Shown here piece by piece: positions 57,620 to 64,000 of a DNA stretch of 64,000 bases (positions within the stretch are counted from its first letter, which is position 1; every line of letters starts with the position of its first letter). This stretch comes from Planctomycetota bacterium (lineage in GTDB: Bacteria > Planctomycetota > UBA1135 > UBA2386), in NCBI GenBank assembly GCA_046290465.1, contig JBKAGP010000001.1, positions 288,001 through 352,000 on the forward strand, in the 5' to 3' direction. Made by a program: the position numbers and the translations under genes. The notes beneath the pieces were generated by a model that worked only from the letters and a program-made list of their open reading frames with translations, did no database searches and was not told the DNA's origin.

Positions 57620-58680
57620 GCGCCAGGTGGGTGCGCGAGGCCAGGCGCAAGAACGCCTCGCAGCCGGACGAGGCCGAAGCGGTCCGCATGACGAAGCGGC
57701 TGCAGCGCCCACTCGGGCAGGGCGAGGCGCTCGACCGCTGGGTGCGCATGGCGCGTCGGCTGCAGCTGCCGCACGGCGTCGTCGTCGAGGGCGCGCCGGG
57801 TTCGGGCAAGACCACGGTGCTGCAGTACCTGACGGCCGCGTTGCTGTGCCCCTCGGAGCTCGATGCCGACGAACCGTGCGGCATGTGCCGCACCTGCACG
57901 CGCATCGCCAACGACCTGCACCCCGACGTGCAGGTCGTGCGACGACCGCGCGACGACGCCGAGTTCGTCAAGAAGGAGACCAGCTTCCACCGCATCACCG
58001 TGCACCAGGTGCGCGCCGTGCAGGATCGGCTGGCGCAGCACGCGATCGAGGGCGGCGCGCGCGTTGCGGCGTTCGTCGAGGCCAACCGCATCGAGGAGGA
58101 GGGGCAGAACATGCTGCTCAAGACCCTCGAGGAGCCCGGCGCGGCGACGTTCCTGCTGCTCGAGACTTCTCGTCCGGAGCAACTGCTCGAGACGGTGCGC
58201 TCGCGGGTCCAGCGGTTGCGGGTGCTGCCACTGGCCGACGCGGCCCTCCGCGGCGAGCTGGAGCAAAGAATTCCCCAGCATTTCGGGCGGTTCGACGACA
58301 TCGTGGCCCTGGCCCAGGGCAGCCTCGGGCAGGCCCTGCGGGCGTCTACCGAACAGGCGGTACAGCTCCATGATCTGGTGCGTGCCTGGTTCGCGACGAC
58401 CCAGACCTTGCGCCCGATCGCGATGGCCCAGGCGGTGCTGAAGGGGGCCGAGGAGAAGCGCGACGAGGTCGAGATCGCCCGGTTGTTCCTGTGGCTGTTG
58501 CGGGCCGAGGTACGGCGGCAGCGGGACGCCCTTGCGGCCTCGGCGGAGGGCTCCTACGTTGCCGCGACGCTGGAACCATGGACCACGTGGCTCGAACGAA
58601 CACTGCAAGCGGAACGGGATCTCGACCTGTTGATCCCGCCAGAACAGGCGCTCGCCGCCTGTCTCGTGCAGATGCTCTGA
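57616..58680 (+). CDS. holB: DNA polymerase III delta' subunit
   Basis: G.PGSGKT, LLC...PCG.C.TC..I....HPDV, NMLLKTLEEP, LL.TVRSR; follows tmk with ATGA overlap. Confidence 0.9.
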   Translation: MSARWVREARRKNASQPDEAEAVRMTKRLQRPLGQGEALDRWVRMARRLQLPHGVVVEGAPGSGKTTVLQYLTAALLCPSELDADEPCGMCRTCTRIANDLHPDVQVVRRPRDDAEFVKKETSFHRITVHQVRAVQDRLAQHAIEGGARVAAFVEANRIEEEGQNMLLKTLEEPGAATFLLLETSRPEQLLETVRSRVQRLRVLPLADAALRGELEQRIPQHFGRFDDIVALAQGSLGQALRASTEQAVQLHDLVRAWFATTQTLRPIAMAQAVLKGAEEKRDEVEIARLFLWLLRAEVRRQRDALAASAEGSYVAATLEPWTTWLERTLQAERDLDLLIPPEQALAACLVQML

Positions 58681-58773
58681 CGACGTCGCGGGTCGCAGCA
58701 GTCCGGGTTGGTCGCCCGGCGCGCGCGTGGTCTCCGGTGGGGGAAGTGCAGCGAAGGGGTCACTTCGTCGCGC

Positions 58774-58801
58774 TCAAGGGCGGTTCCCGATGTGTCGATA
58801 A
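58774..58801 (+). promoter_or_regulatory. Possible sigma28-like promoter
   Basis: TCAAG-N15-GTCGATAA upstream of the 58846 gene; spacing is one base longer than consensus. Confidence 0.25.
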
Positions 58802-58845
58802 CGGTGGTCGAACACCACCGCTTCGTCCGAAGAGGAACCGTGTCG

Positions 58846-59268
58846 ATGGCCGCTACTGATCAAGACCTGCTCGAAGACAAGATCCAGACGGTGAGGTGCC
58901 GGGACCGCAGGTTCTCGCGCCACGCCTACTACTTCGTGCTCGACGCGCTCGACTACACGATGACGCACTTCGGCCGCGACCAGCTCACCGGCGAAGACCG
59001 TCATGTCGGTGGTCGCGAGCTGCTGACCGGCATCAAGGAGTACGCTGCCGAACAGTTCGGGCCGATGGCCGCGATCGTGTTCGAGCGTTGGGGCGTGCGC
59101 GCCGCCGCCGACTTCGGCGAGATCGTCTTCAACCTGATCGACGTCGAGCTGCTGAGCCGGCGCCCGTGCGACAGCCGCCTCGACTTCGTCGACGGCATCG
59201 ACTTCCGCGAGACGTTCGCGGAGAAGCACCGCGAGAGCCTCGACCGCATCGCCGATCGCGACGCGTGA
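58846..59268 (+). CDS. Verrucomicrobia/Planctomycetes-restricted protein (TIGR04138/Minf_1886-like)
   Basis: D.RF...AY.FV.DAL, RHVGG.ELL.G...YA..QFG.MA..VF..WG.....DFGEIVFNLI...D...DF. Confidence 0.85.
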   Translation: MAATDQDLLEDKIQTVRCRDRRFSRHAYYFVLDALDYTMTHFGRDQLTGEDRHVGGRELLTGIKEYAAEQFGPMAAIVFERWGVRAAADFGEIVFNLIDVELLSRRPCDSRLDFVDGIDFRETFAEKHRESLDRIADRDA

Positions 59269-59371
59269 GCCGGCGCCCAGGCGCAGCAGGGATGTGACAG
59301 GCTCGCCAAATCCGCGGCGGTGACGTGCAGTCGCCGCCCGCAGCGCGTAAGCCTCGACCACAGAGGTGATC

Positions 59372-61768
59372 ATGCTGCATACCGACTGGCTGCGTCGTTC
59401 GTTCGTCCCGCTCGCGCTCACCGCGCTGCTGTCCGCGCAGGATGCGGCGGGCTGGCTCGACCCCGGCTCGACGATCACCGAGCTGGTGACCGCGCCGCCG
59501 GAGCCGTCGGCGTCGCTGTCGCCGCAGGGATCGTTGCTGGTGATGCGCACGCGCGAGGCGCTGCCCGATCTCGCGGTGGTCGCCCGGCCGCACCTGAAGC
59601 TCGCCGGCATGCGCATCGACGGCGAGACGTTCGGCCGGCAGCTGAGCACGCGCACGACGTCGATCACGGTGCGCAAGCTGCCCGGCGGCGACGAGTATCG
59701 GGTGCCGGTCGACGCCGACCACTGGAGCGCGCCGATCTGGACCGCCGACGATCGGGCGTTCGCGCTGGTGCGGGCGAGCGAGGGCGGCGGCGAGCTGTGG
59801 ATCTGCGATCCGTGGGACGCACCGCCGCGAAAGGTCGAAGGCGTGCGCCTCAACCAGGTGATGGGGGGCGCGGTGCGCTGGATGCCGGACCAGCGGCGGC
59901 TGCTGGTGCGCATGGTCGTGCCGGGCGAGCGCCCCGAGCGGCCGCGCGTGCCGGCCGGGCCGATCGTGCAGCAGACCGTTCGCAACCAGAACGCGCAGGT
60001 GCGCACCTACCAGGACCTGCTGCAGGACGGACACGACGAGGACCTGCTCGAGTTCTACGGCCACAGCCAGCTGGCGATCGTCGACGGCGAACGGATCACC
60101 AAGGTCGGCGCGCCGCGCATCTACTCGCGGGTCACGCCGTCGCCGGACGGCACGCTGCTGCTGGTCGAAGCGGTCGAACGGCCGTTCTCGTTCGTGGTGC
60201 CGATCTACCGGTTTCCGCGGCGGACCGAGGTGCTCGATCTCGACGGCAAGGTGCTGCGCGAGGTCGGCCGGGATCGGCTCAACGACGCCATCCCGATCGG
60301 CGGCGTCAAGCGCGGCCCGCGCAACATCGGTTGGGTCGCGACGGCGCAGCACGCGCTGTACTGGTTCGAGGCCCAGGACGACGGCGATCCGCAGCGCGAC
60401 GTGCCGCAGCGCGATTTCGCGTTCTTGCTGCTCGAGCCCGCCGGCACGCCGCGGCTGTGGTTCCGCACCGAGTTCCGCGCGGCCGGCGTGCAGTTCGCCG
60501 CCGACGGCCAGCTGGTGCTGACCGGCGAGGTCGATCGCAAGAGCCGCACCGAACGGATCTGGAAGCGCGACCTGACCCGTCCGACCGCGGCCGGCACGCT
60601 GCTCTACGAACGCTCGACCCAGGACGTCTACAACGACCCGGGCATGGCGTTGTCGGAGCTGACGCTCGACGGCCGGCGGGTGCTGCGGCAGCCCGGTGGC
60701 CGGCTGCTGATGAGCGGCGCCGGCGCGTCCCCGCAGGGCAACCGGCCGTTCCTCGAGACCTGGGACCTGCAGAGCGGCGACAAGCAGCGCCTGTTCGAGT
60801 CCGGTGGCGAGAGCTACCAGGAGGTGCTCGGCCTCGTCCACGGCAGCGTCGACGAGTTGCTGGTGCGCACCCAGAGTCCGAGCGCGCCGCCGCAGCTGGT
60901 CTACGTCGATCGCGGCCGCGGTCGCCGCGTCGTGCTGCACACGGCGACCGATCCGGCGGCGAAGTTCACCGCGAAGATCCAGAAGCGGCTGGTGCACTAC
61001 CAGCGGGAGGACGGCGTGCCGATGAACGGCACGCTCTACCTGCCGCCCGGCTACCAGGACGGCGATCGGCTGCCGTGCCTGCTGTGGGCGTATCCTCGGG
61101 AATACACCAAGGCCAGCGACGCCGGTCAGGTGCGCGCGACGCCGAACCGCTACCTGCGCATGCGCGGCAGCTCGCACCTGTTCATGCTGCTGAAGGGCTA
61201 CGCGGTGTTCGACAACGCGTCGATGCCGATCGTCGGTCCGCGCCGCAGCGCCAACGACACGTTCGTGGAGCAGGTGCGCATGAACGCGCGGGCGGCGATC
61301 CAGGCGCTCACCGACCAGGGCTGCATCGACACCGACAAGGTCGCGGTCGCCGGCCACAGCTACGGCGCGTTCATGACCGCCAACCTGCTGGCGCACAGCG
61401 ACCTGTTCTGCTGCGGCATCGCGCGCTCGGGCGCCTACAACCGTTCGCTGACGCCGTTCGGGTTCCAGAACGAGGAGCGCACGTTCTGGGAGGCACCGGA
61501 GATCTACTTCGCGATGTCGCCGTTCATGCACGCGCACAAGATCAACGAGCCGATCCTGCTGATCCACGGCCAGGACGACAACAACTCCGGCACGTTCCCG
61601 ATCCAGAGCCAGCGCCTGTTCGGCGCGCTGAAGGGGCACGGCGCGACCGCGCGCCTGTGCTTCCTGCCGTTCGAGTCGCACGGCTACCGCGGCCGGCAGT
61701 CGGTGTTGCACTGCCTGGCCGAGATGGCCAACTGGCTCGACCGGCACTGCAAGGGGGAGCGCCGGTAG
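59372..61768 (+). CDS. S9 prolyl-oligopeptidase family peptidase (glutamyl-endopeptidase-like)
   Basis: RTYQDLL, WAYPREY, GHSYGAFMTANLL, RSGAYNRSLTPFGFQ, DNNSGTF, ESHGY. Confidence 0.92.
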   Translation: MLHTDWLRRSFVPLALTALLSAQDAAGWLDPGSTITELVTAPPEPSASLSPQGSLLVMRTREALPDLAVVARPHLKLAGMRIDGETFGRQLSTRTTSITVRKLPGGDEYRVPVDADHWSAPIWTADDRAFALVRASEGGGELWICDPWDAPPRKVEGVRLNQVMGGAVRWMPDQRRLLVRMVVPGERPERPRVPAGPIVQQTVRNQNAQVRTYQDLLQDGHDEDLLEFYGHSQLAIVDGERITKVGAPRIYSRVTPSPDGTLLLVEAVERPFSFVVPIYRFPRRTEVLDLDGKVLREVGRDRLNDAIPIGGVKRGPRNIGWVATAQHALYWFEAQDDGDPQRDVPQRDFAFLLLEPAGTPRLWFRTEFRAAGVQFAADGQLVLTGEVDRKSRTERIWKRDLTRPTAAGTLLYERSTQDVYNDPGMALSELTLDGRRVLRQPGGRLLMSGAGASPQGNRPFLETWDLQSGDKQRLFESGGESYQEVLGLVHGSVDELLVRTQSPSAPPQLVYVDRGRGRRVVLHTATDPAAKFTAKIQKRLVHYQREDGVPMNGTLYLPPGYQDGDRLPCLLWAYPREYTKASDAGQVRATPNRYLRMRGSSHLFMLLKGYAVFDNASMPIVGPRRSANDTFVEQVRMNARAAIQALTDQGCIDTDKVAVAGHSYGAFMTANLLAHSDLFCCGIARSGAYNRSLTPFGFQNEERTFWEAPEIYFAMSPFMHAHKINEPILLIHGQDDNNSGTFPIQSQRLFGALKGHGATARLCFLPFESHGYRGRQSVLHCLAEMANWLDRHCKGERR

Positions 61769-61777
61769 CGGCCGGCG

Positions 61778-63124
61778 CTAGACCTCGGTCAGCTCGAAGC
61801 CGCGCCGGTACTGCTTCGACACCAGCGAGTCGGCGTACTCGTCGTTGGTGACGCGCAGGTTGGCGGCGTCCCACTCGATGCGCTTGCCGCAGCGCAGCGC
61901 CAGGTTGCCGAGCAGGATCGACTCGGTGAACGGCGCCGCATACTCGAAGTTGGCCAGCGGCTGCTTGCCGGCCAGGATGCCGTCGAGCCATTCCTGGTGC
62001 ACGCCGGGCGAACGCGGCAGCGTCTGCGGCGGCGGCGTGAAGCCCTCGAACTTCTCCTTCGGGTAGAGGTCGAAGCGCTCGCCGTAGTCGGTCGGCGAGT
62101 AGAGCTTGCCCTCGTCGCCGACCAGCAGGAAGCCGCCGGCGCGCAGCTTGACGCCGGGCAGCAGTTCCTGCGGCGGCAGCTTGCCGCCGTCGTACCAGGT
62201 CAGGCGGACCTCGTCGCGGTCGCCCTTCTTCGGGAACAGGAAGCGGATCGTCGAGCTCTTCGGTGGGCTGTAGTCGGTCGCGCCCTCGCTCTCGGCCTCG
62301 ACCCAGGTCGGGTCGCCGAGGCCGAGCGCCAGGAACGGCATGTTGGCGACGTGGCACGCCATGTCGCCGAGCGCGCCGGTGCCGAAGTCCCAGAAGCCGC
62401 GCCAGTTGAATGGCGCGTAGCCGTTGAACGGCGTGTCCTTGCGGCCCTTGGCGTAGCTGCGCCAGGCGGCCGGGCCGAGCCAGAGGTCCCACCGGAACGA
62501 GGCCGGGATCGGGTCGATGTGGCTCGGCTTCTCGATGCCCTGCGGCCAGATCGGCCGGTTGGTCCAGACGTGCACCTCGCGCACCGTGCCGATCGCGCCG
62601 GCGCGCACGCACTCGACCGCGGTGCGCAGGCCGTCGAGGCAGGTGCCCTGGTTGCCCATCGACGTGATCACGCCGGTCTTGCGGGCCGCGTCGCGCAGCA
62701 GGCGCGCCTCGGCGACGGTGTGCGTCAACGGCTTCTGCACGAACACGTGGATGCCCTTGTGCATCGCCATCAGGGCCGGGCCGGCGTGGGTATGGTCCGG
62801 CGTGCTGACGGTGATCGCGTCGAGCTGCTCCTTCTCGATCATGTCGCGCCAGTCGTAGTGGAACGCCGCCTTCGGGTGCTCCGCCCGCGCGTTCTTGGCC
62901 TTGCCGTCGTCGACGTCGCACAGCGCCACGATGTCGTGCGTCTTGGCGCACGCGCGCATGTCGCTGAGGCCCTTGCCGCCACAGCCGACGACGCCGATGC
63001 GCAGGCGTTCGTTGGGCGAGCGGGCCTTGACGGGCATGCGGACGGGCTCGGCCGCACCGAGTGCTGCGGCACCACCGACCGCAGCTCCGGTGATCAGGAA
63101 GTCACGACGAGACGAATATGGCAT
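61778..63124 (-). CDS. Tat-exported Gfo/Idh/MocA oxidoreductase
   Basis: SRRDFL, GVVGCGGKG, STPDHTH, QKPLT, WDLWLGPA, GALGDMACH. Confidence 0.92.
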   Translation of the reverse strand: MPYSSRRDFLITGAAVGGAAALGAAEPVRMPVKARSPNERLRIGVVGCGGKGLSDMRACAKTHDIVALCDVDDGKAKNARAEHPKAAFHYDWRDMIEKEQLDAITVSTPDHTHAGPALMAMHKGIHVFVQKPLTHTVAEARLLRDAARKTGVITSMGNQGTCLDGLRTAVECVRAGAIGTVREVHVWTNRPIWPQGIEKPSHIDPIPASFRWDLWLGPAAWRSYAKGRKDTPFNGYAPFNWRGFWDFGTGALGDMACHVANMPFLALGLGDPTWVEAESEGATDYSPPKSSTIRFLFPKKGDRDEVRLTWYDGGKLPPQELLPGVKLRAGGFLLVGDEGKLYSPTDYGERFDLYPKEKFEGFTPPPQTLPRSPGVHQEWLDGILAGKQPLANFEYAAPFTESILLGNLALRCGKRIEWDAANLRVTNDEYADSLVSKQYRRGFELTEV

Positions 63125-63223
63125 GCGCGAACGATAGCTGTTCGCGCACGCCGTTCACGCCGTTGGTGAACGTGTGACAAATCCTGCGCTGCCGCTGGCG
63201 CCGGCCGACCGGGGGCCCCGCAT

Positions 63224-64000
63224 CTACTTGGGTTCCCGGCCGTGCTCGATCAGCTTCCAGCGCTCGCCGTAGACGAACTCGGGCGACTGCTCGTAGTCGT
63301 GGCACTGGGTGCACATGACCGACGGCAGCGCGCCGCCGAGGATGCCGAGCTTCTTGGTGCCGCCGGACGCGACGTGGTCGAGGCCGGGGCCGTGGCAGCG
63401 CTCGCAGCCGACGTCGGTCAGGTGCGCGGTCTTCTCGGCGCTGACGAAGCCGCTCTTCTCGCCGTAGCCGACGACGTGGCAGCTGACGCAGTCCGGGTAC
63501 TTGGTGACCGGCCAGCCGTAGCGCTTGGGATCCTTCTCGGCGTCGACCAGCGTCTGCCATGCATGCGCGTGCTTGCTGTTCTGCCACGCCTTCATGGCGC
63601 TCGGGTGGCAGCCGCCGCACTGCGCGCTGCCGACGTAGCTCGAACCGTTGGGCGTCGCGCGCTGCTCGGCCATCTGCTCGAGCACGTTCTCACGCGCGAC
63701 GTCCTCGCGGTGGGTCAGCAGGAACGCCTTGACGTTGGGGTCGCCGCCGCCACCGGGAACGGTCTTGCTGCCGGCCAGCGGCACCAGCTCGCAGGCGACG
63801 CGCGAGGTCTCGCCGTCGCGCCACAGCCGCGCATCGAGCAGCACCCGGCCGCGGATGCCGGCGAACACCAGCGGCACCCCGCCGACGATCGCCGGCGAGC
63901 TGTCCGGCTCGATGAAGCCCTGGTCGACGCCGATCACCAGGTCGGGCTTCGGCTGCAGCTGCGGGATCAGCTTGCGGATGCCGTCGTCACGGCCGTGCAC
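63224..64000 (-). CDS. Multiheme cytochrome c (c554-like domain), 5'-partial
   Basis: Four CxxCH motifs: CGGCH, CVSCH, CERCH, CTQCH. The ORF runs off the window end. Confidence 0.88.
   Translation of the reverse strand: MHGRDDGIRKLIPQLQPKPDLVIGVDQGFIEPDSSPAIVGGVPLVFAGIRGRVLLDARLWRDGETSRVACELVPLAGSKTVPGGGGDPNVKAFLLTHREDVARENVLEQMAEQRATPNGSSYVGSAQCGGCHPSAMKAWQNSKHAHAWQTLVDAEKDPKRYGWPVTKYPDCVSCHVVGYGEKSGFVSAEKTAHLTDVGCERCHGPGLDHVASGGTKKLGILGGALPSVMCTQCHDYEQSPEFVYGERWKLIEHGREPK

Overview
Gene-dense, very GC-rich bacterial chromosomal segment, most likely from a Planctomycetota (PVC) lineage. This is inferred from a PVC-type heme-binding dehydrogenase, a TIGR02999-like ECF sigma plus Ser/Thr kinase module, a TIGR04138-like PVC-restricted protein, a sulfatase and Tat-exported Gfo/Idh/MocA oxidoreductases. 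It holds about 50 CDSs. They include xylA-xylB, secreted peptidases, esterases and phosphatases, three ECF/anti-sigma or ECF/kinase modules, an MrfA/MrfB-like (YprA/YprB) helicase-exonuclease pair, rnpA-yidD, a DnaA-like gene coupled to tmk-holB, and a partial multiheme cytochrome c. I found no rRNA, tRNA, CRISPR array, transposase or integrase. Most notable observations: (1) a DnaA paralogue with degenerate arginine-finger, sensor-II and DnaA-box-recognition motifs, translationally coupled to tmk-holB; (2) a pervasive leaderless-gene signature (TAnnnT 6-7 nt before the start codon), including a leaderless 10-codon uORF coupled to mrfA; (3) a REP/BIME-like family of intergenic repeats, including a 39-bp-arm hairpin; (4) an mrfAB-redoxin-HEAT-cREC run in which the HEAT gene lacks a canonical start codon; (5) a stand-alone secretin-N-domain protein next to an ECF/anti-sigma pair. 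All family assignments come from motif recognition by eye, not from database searches.
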